Origin: Candidatus Anderseniibacteriota bacterium
Lineage (GTDB): Bacteria; Patescibacteriota; Andersenbacteria; UBA10190
Assembly: GCA_021414205.1 (NCBI GenBank)
Contig: JAIOOW010000003.1
Location: forward strand, 195,370 to 259,369
Length of the DNA stretch: 64,000 nt
Direction of reading: 5' to 3'
This document shows positions 50,899-59,999 of the stretch, in pieces (the stretch's first letter is position 1; every line of letters starts with the position of its first letter). Both the position numbers and the translations under genes were made by a program. The notes under the pieces are model-generated. The model ran no database searches. It was not told the DNA's origin and saw only the letters and a list, made by a program, of their open reading frames with translations.

Positions 50899-51357
50899 AT
50901 GTATGAACGCTTCACTGATCGCGCTAGAAAAGTGATGAAGCTTGCTGAAGAAGAGGCTCGTCGGATGCGGCATGATGCTGTTTGCCCGGAGCACGTTCTG
51001 ATTGGGATTATTAAAGAGCGGCACGGACATGCTGGCAATGTGTTGCGCGATCTGGGGGTTACGTTGGAAGATCTCCAGGCTGATGTTGAAAGAGTGCTGC
51101 CTGCTTCTGGTGACCACGAGATAACAGAGATAATACCCTTGACGCCAATTGTAGAGCAACTCATTGCATATGCATGGGAAGAAGCAGAGCTTCTTGCTCA
51201 TACGTATATCGGGACTGAGCACTTGCTATTGGGGCTGATTCGTGGACATCATGGTGCATCGTATGTATTGCGTGAGCGTGACTTGCCGGAAGAAAAGATT
51301 CGCGCACAAGTGAGAATTGCTCTCGGGTGCGACGAGGCCCCTGCTTCTTCCGAATGA
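50899..51357 (+). CDS. Stand-alone Clp N-terminal domain protein
   Basis: MYERFTDRARKVM, PEH and YIGTEHLLLGL; 152 aa, N-domain only. Confidence 0.88.
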   Translation: MYERFTDRARKVMKLAEEEARRMRHDAVCPEHVLIGIIKERHGHAGNVLRDLGVTLEDLQADVERVLPASGDHEITEIIPLTPIVEQLIAYAWEEAELLAHTYIGTEHLLLGLIRGHHGASYVLRERDLPEEKIRAQVRIALGCDEAPASSE

Positions 51358-51372
51358 TATTAAATGATGTAT

Positions 51373-51401
51373 CCGCTCGAACGATGTTTCGAGCGGTTTT
51401 T
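51373..51401. terminator. Terminator hairpin at the left edge of the island
   Basis: ccgctcgaa/ttcgagcgg plus a T-run. Confidence 0.7.
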
Positions 51402-51663
51402 ATTTTGTGTCCAAAAGGTGAGAATTAATTGGAACCGAATAGTAGAAGAAATATCACGGTTTGCAGGCATTTACCTGCGTTCTACACTTAGGGCGCAGAA
51501 TATATAAGGAATTTTAAGCGTGGGCTGGAAAAATTTGGAACCATTCACTAACTCCTCATTTAGCCTCACGAATATGAATTTCTGTTGTTGGCACTAGGGG
51601 AGGACATTAACGAGTAACTTCGATATAGACAGGCCCAACATACAAGCATAGGCTGATATTGAT

Positions 51664-53052
51664 ATGCACAAGCTAATTATCTACCTGGATCAAAATTTCA
51701 TTAGCGATATTGCTAAGCAGTCTTTAGAAGACAAAAAAGATAAAGTAAAACCTCTTTTAAAGGACTTCTTTGAAGTCATAAAAAGTGGCGTAGATAACGA
51801 ACAATTTGTATCTCCTGACAGCTGGATTCACAAAATAGAAACAGCAGCAGAGAATGATCCAGAATTGCAGGAAGCGATACATAGCTATCAAGGCTATTTA
51901 GGGCAAATATCTTTTACGTTACCCCAGGAAATTCAAAAGACTCAATTCGAGAAAGCAGTCCTGAGCTATTTTAATATTCAGCCTGTCGACAAGGAAGATT
52001 GGAAAGAAGCTTTTAGGGAAAACCCTGATAAGCGGATGGAAAACTATAAGATCGATATACTCATGGATATTGGCAATTCCCTTGCCGTAAGCGCAGCAAC
52101 TATACAGAATTTACAAAAAATTCGTGAAAGTGGAGTAAGTGAGAAGGTCCAATACAAAGCGGAAATTGAAGCTAGTAGAAAACACTATAAAGAGTTAATA
52201 CGCAGGGATTTCTTGCCCATACTCGAACAGTACAGTATTAGTATCGAACAAGCAGAGGAATTTATTGATTCTAATGAATTCACTCAGATACCTAATATTG
52301 ATATCTTCTGTCACCTTTGGAGTAGATGCCTTGCCGATAAAGGTCGCAAGACGGGGGTAGAAGGTGATTACAATGATATCCAGTTACTCTCGACATATCT
52401 TCCCTATTGCGATCTCCTTGCCACAGACAACTACATGAAGACGATGGTTAAGGAATTTAAAATAGATCAGCAATATAGCTGCCAAGTTATATCAATGAAA
52501 GAAGGTGAATTAAATGAAGCTATTGATTTTCTAGAGCAGGAACAAATAGAAAGACCCCCAGCTAACCAGAGTTTATTTTCTGTTTTATGCACCAAGGCTA
52601 ATGAAATACAGGCTTACTCTGTAGAATTCTTACGAAAGCTCAGTTTAGCATCAAACAAATTTCACAGAACGGGAAAGTACTGGAATAAAGAAGTGTATAC
52701 TGAGGTTTTTCTCGAGTTCTCAGGCAAAGAGAATATTGATCGAGCAGACCCAAAAACTGTTTTAGAAGCAGGGCCAGCTGTTATTAGTCCTAGCCAGTGG
52801 ACAGAGCTGCAAATTTTTAATTCTGGTTTTAAGAGTATTGAAAACACTACGGACAAAACTCCTTCAGAACTCATAGAAACTATACCCACACACCTCCTTG
52901 GACCAGCTACTGCGATTTTACCCGAGGGTTCGGTCTTTGACGAAGACTTGCGTGAGCACGACAGTGATCTTTTTTATGATATTGAGGACGCTGTAGAAAA
53001 TAAACGAAGTAAAACAAAAAAGTATTCTATCGATATTATTCACAATGATTAG
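51664..53052 (+). CDS. PIN-like domain protein with an unknown C-terminal domain
   Basis: YLDQN, S.IH..E, GDYND and YCDLLATD give an acidic tetrad typical of PIN-like nucleases. Confidence 0.65.
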   Translation: MHKLIIYLDQNFISDIAKQSLEDKKDKVKPLLKDFFEVIKSGVDNEQFVSPDSWIHKIETAAENDPELQEAIHSYQGYLGQISFTLPQEIQKTQFEKAVLSYFNIQPVDKEDWKEAFRENPDKRMENYKIDILMDIGNSLAVSAATIQNLQKIRESGVSEKVQYKAEIEASRKHYKELIRRDFLPILEQYSISIEQAEEFIDSNEFTQIPNIDIFCHLWSRCLADKGRKTGVEGDYNDIQLLSTYLPYCDLLATDNYMKTMVKEFKIDQQYSCQVISMKEGELNEAIDFLEQEQIERPPANQSLFSVLCTKANEIQAYSVEFLRKLSLASNKFHRTGKYWNKEVYTEVFLEFSGKENIDRADPKTVLEAGPAVISPSQWTELQIFNSGFKSIENTTDKTPSELIETIPTHLLGPATAILPEGSVFDEDLREHDSDLFYDIEDAVENKRSKTKKYSIDIIHND

Positions 53053-54850
53053 AACTGAGTTACAAAATTATCTTGAAGGATTAGAAACAAGCAAGGACAT
53101 GCTTGACGAGGTTGAAATTGGCCAAGAAATTAGTAAAATCCTTAAACCAAAAAATGAAAAACTTACAAACGAAGAAGAAATTGCAGAGTATATAGCATTT
53201 CACTTCCTACCAAAATATCCCGATACTCAAACTAGCTGGGGTACTTATTATGGGCCGTTATACATATTGCCAAACGAGAAGGGTCAATACTCTGAGTTTC
53301 CTAGTATACAGGGTGTGAATACAAAGACTCTTGAGTATTGGGAAAATAGAGCAAATCAATCTCAGAATCCATTATTGGTAGGCCGGTACGCAGACCTTGT
53401 TTTTGATTTGAGCGCCAAGATAAACAGTAGCGAAAATATTAAGTATCAAATGGCACGGAAAGTTATTGATTCCACAATTACCATTTGCGAACAAGGGTTA
53501 GCCGATAGCTTAGATTCCAAACAAAAGCTTGAGCGTGCTCTTTCTTTATCGAAACAGATCAATGATAAAGATAGAATTAATAAGATTAAAGAAACAATTA
53601 TTAATACTGAAAGAAGACTTGCAGAAGATACCAAACCAGGAACTTGGGGCTATTCGTTTGAATGGTTAGTACTTCACCGTGACCCCAAAGTAGTCCTGAG
53701 CGAGGAGGAGGAAAAAATGATAATCAGCAGCCTAGCGGAGAGACTAGAAAGGCTAACCAACACAGAAAGCTCTGATCCCTGGAAAGTAGAATGTGCGGTA
53801 AACCTTCTTGCAGACTTTTATGCCTTAAAAAAAGATGAAGCCTCTTTAAATGACGCTTTGAGCAAATTAGAACAATCTTTTAGATCTAATAGTCGTGCAA
53901 ACTCAGATGGTCTGTTGCTAGTTAATTACCTGGAAAGACTAAGAGAAGTGTATTCTCGATATTTACAATTTCAGTTCGCGAAAGATGCAATGGACAGAAT
54001 AACTGCTGAATTGAGTAATGTAGGCAGTAAGGCAAACTTTGACATGAAGGAAATCTCGGCCGAAGTGAAAGTAAAACAAGAGGACATAGACAGATTTCTG
54101 TTCTCAATTTTTGGAGATGATAAAGATAACAAAAAAGAAATTGAAGAAGTTGTCAGCAGATTAGTAGTCAGTTTTGTTCCAAAAAAAGATGAATTAGAGA
54201 AGCAATTTAACGACCCGAATAAACAATTTATCTTTCGACAACTAGGATCAAATATGATCGTTTCCGATAAAGATGGTTTCCCTATAGCGAAGTTTGGCCC
54301 CGTGAGTGAAGATTATGATAGCCATTTAGGACAGTATTTTTCTGAAAACCTACATTTTCAATCAGTCTTTTTGAATTTGTCCTTTGTTGAGCTTAGGAAA
54401 AAGTATACTCCTGAATCTTTATATGAGTTCATGGGATCCTCAGCACTCTTCCTGCCAGAGGACAAGGATTACATATTAAAAATATTAAACGCGTTCTGGA
54501 ATAAAGATTTTCTATATAGCGGTGCTTTAATGGTACCCCTAATCGAAGACACAGTTAGAAACGTCTTTAGGATAAATAAATTGTCATTTATAAAACCTAA
54601 CAGTAATGCTGGCTATGATGTTCTTCCCTTATATGACCTATTAAACCATGGTGTCATTAAAGCAATATTTGGAAGTCTCGGTGAAAACATTGAGTACTAC
54701 TTTAAATCCCTGCTGACTTCAAGAATAGGTTGGAACTTGAGAAATAATTTTGCGCATGGGATAAACAAGAACTATTTCGCTAGTCCGAACGTATCGAATA
54801 GGCTCTTGCACGTATTGCTTTGTCTTTCTCTCATTAGAAAAAATAAATGA
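53045..54850 (+). CDS. DUF4209-like (HEPN) domain protein
   Basis: C-terminal GWNLRNNFAHG (RxxxxH); long helical N-terminus; 8-nt overlap with the upstream gene. Confidence 0.72.
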   Translation: MIRTELQNYLEGLETSKDMLDEVEIGQEISKILKPKNEKLTNEEEIAEYIAFHFLPKYPDTQTSWGTYYGPLYILPNEKGQYSEFPSIQGVNTKTLEYWENRANQSQNPLLVGRYADLVFDLSAKINSSENIKYQMARKVIDSTITICEQGLADSLDSKQKLERALSLSKQINDKDRINKIKETIINTERRLAEDTKPGTWGYSFEWLVLHRDPKVVLSEEEEKMIISSLAERLERLTNTESSDPWKVECAVNLLADFYALKKDEASLNDALSKLEQSFRSNSRANSDGLLLVNYLERLREVYSRYLQFQFAKDAMDRITAELSNVGSKANFDMKEISAEVKVKQEDIDRFLFSIFGDDKDNKKEIEEVVSRLVVSFVPKKDELEKQFNDPNKQFIFRQLGSNMIVSDKDGFPIAKFGPVSEDYDSHLGQYFSENLHFQSVFLNLSFVELRKKYTPESLYEFMGSSALFLPEDKDYILKILNAFWNKDFLYSGALMVPLIEDTVRNVFRINKLSFIKPNSNAGYDVLPLYDLLNHGVIKAIFGSLGENIEYYFKSLLTSRIGWNLRNNFAHGINKNYFASPNVSNRLLHVLLCLSLIRKNK

Positions 54851-55198
54851 CGAGGACTTTATAAGCCAGATGACCGAAGTAAAAGGTAAGATCAAGGCAT
54901 TGGAATTATTACAATCGGAATATTAGTCAGAACAGGATGATTTTGAAGAACTTATCACAATTGCTTTTGATGCACTTAAAAATCCGCTCAAGAGTTGGAA
55001 TGATCTAAAAGATACAAGAAAAAAAGTGCGGTTCGAACACTTTGTGTATCCTGGTGGCTTAGAATATGATGGAAAATCCTTGTCGAATCACGGAATTTCG
55101 CTTCTTGTGTGTTTATTTGCTACTGTTTCCGCTCAAAGGTAAAAAGTCGAACAAGCAATTATAGGAAAGTCCGGGGAATAGGAGTTGAACCTATCTAG
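54850..55198 (+). pseudogene. C-terminal remnant of a large serine-recombinase-like gene
   Basis: DEDFISQM...EY*SEQDDFEELI...LKNPLKSWN...KVRFEHFVYPGGLEYDGK...; internal stop and frameshift; last frame ...SNYRKVRGIGVEPI* is read from the tRNA antisense. Confidence 0.55.
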
Positions 55199-55240
55199 AG
55201 GGATTTACAGTCCCTTGCATAGCCGATCTGCCATCCCCGG
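55170..55240 (-). tRNA. tRNA-Tyr (GTA), archaeal/eukaryal type (C1-G72, short variable loop)
   Basis: CCGGGGA...CTGTAAA...CTAG(4-nt V loop)...TTCAACT...TCCCCGG-A. Confidence 0.9.
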
Positions 55241-55315
55241 TGGAGCCAGCTGTCGGAATCGAACCGACGATCTTCTGTTTACAAAACAGTTGCTCTACCA
55301 CTGAGCTAAGCTGGC
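55241..55315 (-). tRNA. tRNA-Thr (TGT) with encoded CCA
   Basis: GCCAGCT...TTTGTAA...TTCGATT...AGCTGGC-T-CCA. Confidence 0.95.
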
Positions 55316-55362
55316 ATATATACAAAACTGGCATCTGCCAGCGTTTCGTATACTATGAATAT

Positions 55363-56442
55363 ATGACAGAAAAACAAGAAATAATCAACCGTTTGCAGCA
55401 CAATTTGGCTGAAATCATCACACCGGAGGAATTTGAGGGGCTTATTACTAGAATTGAATCTGGCGAAAAAGTGACCCATTATATTGGGTTTGAAATCTCC
55501 GGATATGTCCATATCGGGCAGGGGATTATGTCTGCGCTGGTGATAAAAGACCTCCAAGCGCTTGGGGTGCAGTGCACTATTTGGTTGGCAGATTGGCATA
55601 CGGCCATTAATCATAAGTTAGATGGCTCAAAAGAAACGGCCGCGAAGATTGGTACAGGATATTTTACGGAAGCGATAAAAGCGTGCCTGATGGCCGTTGG
55701 CGCTGATATGGAAAAAGTAGAATTTCGATTGGCTAGTGAGTGGTATGCAAAAGATGCTATGGGATACTGGAATACCGTCATGAGCGTAGCGCAGAACACG
55801 ACACTGGCGCGCATTCAGCGAAGCATCAGTATTATGGGGAAAGAGGCAGGCGAAGATGTGGAAATGGCAACGCTGTTTTATCCTGTAATGCAGGTGGCAG
55901 ATATTTTTTATCAAGACATTGCAATTGCGCATTCCAGTATGGATCAGCGCAAGGCGCACGTAGTGATGCGAGATACGGCAAGTAAGGTAATGCCGAATAA
56001 GCCGAAGCCTGTAGCGCTGCATCATGCATTAATAGATAGTCTGACGGGCGATAATAAAATGAGCAAATCAAAACCGGATTCTGCTGTATTTGTTCATGAT
56101 GATGCTGAAAGTATTTCTGTAAAAATTAAAAAAGCATTCTGCGAAGAAAGAAATATTGAAAAGAATCCGATTTTAAACTGGACGAAGAATATTTTATTCT
56201 GGTCCCGCACGGCGCCATTTACTATTGAGCGAGAAGAAAAATTTGGTGGAAATGTTTCGCTTGCTTCGTATGAAGAACTAGAAAAAGCATTTGCAGCAGG
56301 TGGTGTGCATCCAATGGATTTGAAAGCTGCCGTTGCTAAAGAAATTATCGCGCTTCTGAAGCCGGCTCGCGATCATTTTGCGAAACCGGAAATTGCCGAG
56401 ATGAAAAAAGAATTAGACGATGTCATCACTAAGCGAGGATAA
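55363..56442 (+). CDS. tyrS: Tyrosine--tRNA ligase, archaeal type
   Basis: YIGFEISGYVHIG, LADWH, YPVMQVAD, DQRKAH, KMSKS, KIKKAFC and HPMDLK; no bacterial S4 domain. Confidence 0.93.
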   Translation: MTEKQEIINRLQHNLAEIITPEEFEGLITRIESGEKVTHYIGFEISGYVHIGQGIMSALVIKDLQALGVQCTIWLADWHTAINHKLDGSKETAAKIGTGYFTEAIKACLMAVGADMEKVEFRLASEWYAKDAMGYWNTVMSVAQNTTLARIQRSISIMGKEAGEDVEMATLFYPVMQVADIFYQDIAIAHSSMDQRKAHVVMRDTASKVMPNKPKPVALHHALIDSLTGDNKMSKSKPDSAVFVHDDAESISVKIKKAFCEERNIEKNPILNWTKNILFWSRTAPFTIEREEKFGGNVSLASYEELEKAFAAGGVHPMDLKAAVAKEIIALLKPARDHFAKPEIAEMKKELDDVITKRG

Positions 56443-56686
56443 TAAAAAGGATATTGCGCAAGCGGAGCTAGAAAAACTCTCTGTAAAAATTGGCCAACGC
56501 TATACTCACTATAAAGGCGGGGAATATGAAGTGATTGCGCTGGCACTCAAAGAAGATACGTTAGAGCCGCTAGTTATTTACCAGGCACTTGGCCATGGCG
56601 GAACGGTGTGGGCGCGGACGTGGGGTGATTGGAATGCGGATGTGCAGTGGGAGGGGAAAGCGGTGAAACGGTTTGCATTGCTATAA
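56420..56686 (+). CDS. DUF1653 family protein
   Basis: YTHYKGGEYEVI, EPLVIYQAL, WAR and RF. Confidence 0.85.
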   Translation: MSSLSEDNKKDIAQAELEKLSVKIGQRYTHYKGGEYEVIALALKEDTLEPLVIYQALGHGGTVWARTWGDWNADVQWEGKAVKRFALL

Positions 56687-56796
56687 ATTTTCCATAACCG
56701 AATCTCGACATATTTAATGGAAAGCGGTACTGTAAACGGTCCGCGCACAATTTCGTGACGCGGTGTTCATTTGATCTGTAAGAAGAAGGGCTCGAC

Positions 56797-58101
56797 ATGT
56801 TTCAGTCTTATGAAGACGTTCCGTCGTTGCGGCAGAGGATTTGTGATGGTAACTTTTTGGCGCCTGATTACAAGGGGCACTGCATTACCAGGATTCCGGA
56901 GCTCGTTTCCATTCTCTTCGGCTTGGAGAGCAGAAGTCATCAGGACTTGTTCATGAGGGATGATGTGATCTTGAAGCTGAATGGCAATCCGCAAAATATC
57001 GTGCTGTTGACTATCGATGCCATCGGATACGATGCATGGAATCGATGTCGTAGGGATGTGGGGTTTATGAGGCGCGTTGTTGAGTGCGGCAATGTGATAC
57101 CGCTTACGTCGGTATTTCCTTCTGAGACCGCGGCGGCGCTCACGACGATTAACACAGGGCTCACCCCTCGAGAGCATGGGCTATTGAGTATGTTGATGTA
57201 TTCAGACGAGCTTGCTCGGCCGATTCAGACGCTTCGATTCTGTCCCAGTGAAGGGTATGGGGCTGATCAGCCTGACTATTTTGCGAACCAGAGCGTTGAT
57301 CCGAGCGTGCTTTTTTCTAAGCGTTCGGTGTGGGACGATTGGAAGAGCAAGGGCATCGATACCTACCGAGTTGTGCCTACTGGATTTGTGAATAGTTCAT
57401 ATACGTGCCTGACACAGCCTAGTAGTTCGCCGGTTTCGTACGATTCATATGCAGAGCTTGCGGTGAATTTGGCGAGGGTGGTGAACGATTCGACAAGGCG
57501 AACGTTCGTGCATGCATATGTTCCCAATTTGGATATGTGCGCACATAGGTATGGTCCATATAGCGATCAGTGGGATATCGAGCTGAGAATGCTCATGCTC
57601 GCGCTGGAGCGATGTGTTGAGATGATTGATCGAGAGCAGGCCAAGAACACAGTGTTTTTGGTTGCGGGAGATCACGGACATGTAAATCTTGATCCTCTGG
57701 GGTGCGTGATGATTAACGACTTCGTGAATGTTGACGAAGTATGTGCGACAACGCAAACCGGGAGCGTGATTTATCCTTGGGGGAGTCCTCGTTGCATGTT
57801 TATGAGAATCCGTAACGAATGTTTCGAGAGCGTTTTTAATGCTCTGAGTGCCGCATTGCAAGGCGTTGCGATGGTGGAATTTTCTCGTCAAGGTTCTTAC
57901 CTGTTGGGGCCATGGGGCGATCATCCCAAGCTGGAGAATCGTTTCGGTGATATCTTTATTGTTCCTTTTAATGACCGGACAGTCTGGTACAGGAGAAAGG
58001 ATAAAGCTTTTGTCCAGAAGTTTGGCGGACACGGAGGCTTAACTCCAGGAGAAATGCTAACGGTGCTCGGATTCGCAAACATGTCGGATTTGAAAGTGTG
58101 A
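56797..58101 (+). CDS. Alkaline phosphatase superfamily (nucleotide pyrophosphatase/phosphodiesterase-like) protein
   Basis: IDAIG, FPSETAAA..TG..P.EHG, D..AH, GDHGH and HGG; own promoter TCGACA-17-TACTGT and terminator. Confidence 0.88.
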   Translation: MFQSYEDVPSLRQRICDGNFLAPDYKGHCITRIPELVSILFGLESRSHQDLFMRDDVILKLNGNPQNIVLLTIDAIGYDAWNRCRRDVGFMRRVVECGNVIPLTSVFPSETAAALTTINTGLTPREHGLLSMLMYSDELARPIQTLRFCPSEGYGADQPDYFANQSVDPSVLFSKRSVWDDWKSKGIDTYRVVPTGFVNSSYTCLTQPSSSPVSYDSYAELAVNLARVVNDSTRRTFVHAYVPNLDMCAHRYGPYSDQWDIELRMLMLALERCVEMIDREQAKNTVFLVAGDHGHVNLDPLGCVMINDFVNVDEVCATTQTGSVIYPWGSPRCMFMRIRNECFESVFNALSAALQGVAMVEFSRQGSYLLGPWGDHPKLENRFGDIFIVPFNDRTVWYRRKDKAFVQKFGGHGGLTPGEMLTVLGFANMSDLKV

Positions 58102-58167
58102 ACTGAGAAAGTGGCAAGTGGCTGCGTGGATTTTCTGCGCAGCCCTTTTTTATTTTTGCTAGAAGTG

Positions 58168-58239
58168 AGCCAGCAGTGGGAATCGGACCCACGGTCTCGT
58201 CATTACCAATGACGTGCTTTACCACTAAGCTATGCTGGC
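58168..58239 (-). tRNA. tRNA-Thr (GGT)
   Basis: GCCAGCA...TTGGTAA...TCCGATT...TGCTGGC-T. Confidence 0.92.
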
Positions 58240-58269
58240 GATGGATGAAGTGTATGGTAGGCTGATTGT

Positions 58270-59763
58270 ATGTTCAAGTTTCTTGTACGGCTGTTTATTG
58301 TACTTATAGTTATTGGGGTAATTATCGGTGGTATTTTCTACGGGGTGCGCAGTATTAATGGAAAACATTCTGCGAAAACGCCGGAAGTATTGGGGGCAAG
58401 TCAGGTGGTCCCGGCGTTGCAAGCACTGCTTGTGCAAAGCGACGAAAAGAGCGGGCAAAAGCGAGTGCTTTCGTGCACGGAAAAGGGGTGCTCGGTGATT
58501 TCTGCGCCATCGTCATCTGATGAAAATGCATTGTCTGATGGGAGTTCGTGGTATCGATATTCTGAAAGCAAAGATAAGAATAGCGATTCAATTACGACGT
58601 TGGAAAAAGTGAGCAAAGACGGAACTGTTGAAAAAATATCTGAGCAAAATGCGCTGGTGAAACCGCGCGGGCTTACGATGAGCCAGGACGGTGCGAAGGT
58701 GGCATATTTTTTGGACAATGTTCACGACAATCAAGGACTTACGGAATTATGGGTATATGACAATACTCAAGGCGGAGCAAAGGTGGTTGCGGAGAATCTT
58801 GTACAAAAACAAATCGCATCTCGTGTGCGCTGGAATGCATCCTCGCGCGTCGCATGGTTTTTGCAAGATGGAGCAACGCGCCAATTTATTGCAGTGCCGG
58901 TGCAAGATAAAGCAGCGCCATCAGCGCGCTTTGCAAACGTGGATTGGAATACGTATTCGCAAAATGCGGATACCGGAGTAATGGATGTAAACGACAAAGC
59001 GAATCTCGTGGCGTTTACGGAGCCAACATTTTTTGGATTCTCCCAGCTCACTATCGCGCAAGATAGCGGAGGAATAACGAAGCATTCCATAAAAGGGAAT
59101 GTGGCGTTTGTTCGATGGATGGAAAACGATGCATTGTTATATGCGGTGCAGGATGGGCAAAATCTTGCGTTCTGGATTGCTAATAGCACAGGCGAGCGCC
59201 CTGTTGCGCGCATGCTCGGGCAATTTCGATCAGCGCATTCCTCCGGGTCTTCAGACTTGGCTGCGTTCGTAGCAGATCCGCATCCGGGAGAAAGTCATGT
59301 GTATGTGCTTCAAATCTCTACCGGTTTTGTGAGAGACGAAACGATCATCCCGAATTTTTCAGGAAATACGTATGTAGTGCAGGCAAATGAGGCGCAAGCT
59401 GAGCAAGATAAGGCGGTAGCGGGAATTTCCGGGCAATTACGCGACGAGGAGCTGCTCGCCTTTGTGAATGATCATCTCAAAGACATGACGGGCGATTCCC
59501 AGGCAAAGGCAGAGCGGATGCTGACTACGGATAGCAAGAATACGATCTATGTAGACTACACAAGCGGAAATACGACAGAGAGGAGAATCTTGGTAGTTAT
59601 CCAAGACGCAGTTCACCCCCAGTGGACCGTGCTCGCTCGCTATATCCCGATAGCGGGGCAATGGAAGCGGGATCAGGAGGCTCAGAATGCAGATCCTACC
59701 CCTAAGAGGCTGTATGAATACGAGACATCTGTTTCAGAGTGGATTTTAAAGGAAACCTACTAG
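58270..59763 (+). CDS. Membrane-anchored protein with a probable TolB-like beta-propeller
   Basis: N-terminal TM; SQDGAKVAY and ELWVYD; beta-rich. Confidence 0.7.
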   Translation: MFKFLVRLFIVLIVIGVIIGGIFYGVRSINGKHSAKTPEVLGASQVVPALQALLVQSDEKSGQKRVLSCTEKGCSVISAPSSSDENALSDGSSWYRYSESKDKNSDSITTLEKVSKDGTVEKISEQNALVKPRGLTMSQDGAKVAYFLDNVHDNQGLTELWVYDNTQGGAKVVAENLVQKQIASRVRWNASSRVAWFLQDGATRQFIAVPVQDKAAPSARFANVDWNTYSQNADTGVMDVNDKANLVAFTEPTFFGFSQLTIAQDSGGITKHSIKGNVAFVRWMENDALLYAVQDGQNLAFWIANSTGERPVARMLGQFRSAHSSGSSDLAAFVADPHPGESHVYVLQISTGFVRDETIIPNFSGNTYVVQANEAQAEQDKAVAGISGQLRDEELLAFVNDHLKDMTGDSQAKAERMLTTDSKNTIYVDYTSGNTTERRILVVIQDAVHPQWTVLARYIPIAGQWKRDQEAQNADPTPKRLYEYETSVSEWILKETY

Positions 59764-59804
59764 CAACTCTTGCAAAAAATAGGCTTTCTGGTATCATATC
59801 GACT

Positions 59805-59969
59805 ATGTCACAAGATTTCTTAATCCGCCTCCAATGCGTCGACTGTAAGTCGTTTAATTATCATACCCGCCGAAATTTGAAACGGCAGGATTCTATTAAG
59901 CTAGAACGCCTTAAGCACTGCAAAAAGTGCCGAAAACACACTCTTCACAAAGAGAAGCCGAAGAAATAA
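59805..59969 (+). CDS. rpmG: 50S ribosomal protein L33
   Basis: LQCVDCKSFNYHT...LE..KHCKKCRKHTLHKE. Confidence 0.93.
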   Translation: MSQDFLIRLQCVDCKSFNYHTRRNLKRQDSIKLERLKHCKKCRKHTLHKEKPKK

Positions 59970-59999
59970 AAAACCGCCCGTAGGGGCGGTTTTTATATG

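Larger units (their letters stand above)
51409..55172. mobile_element. Degenerate integrative island at the 3' end of tRNA-Tyr
   Basis: Visibly AT-richer; GTCC at both ends (51409-51412 and 55169-55172, the latter overlapping the tRNA 3' end); recombinase-like remnant running into the tRNA. Confidence 0.65.

Noticed and set aside
55240-55362. N-terminal extension of tyrS in the ORF track (likewise 3626-3718)
   Set aside because: These extensions read through tRNA genes; better starts lie downstream at leaderless spacing from a -10 box.
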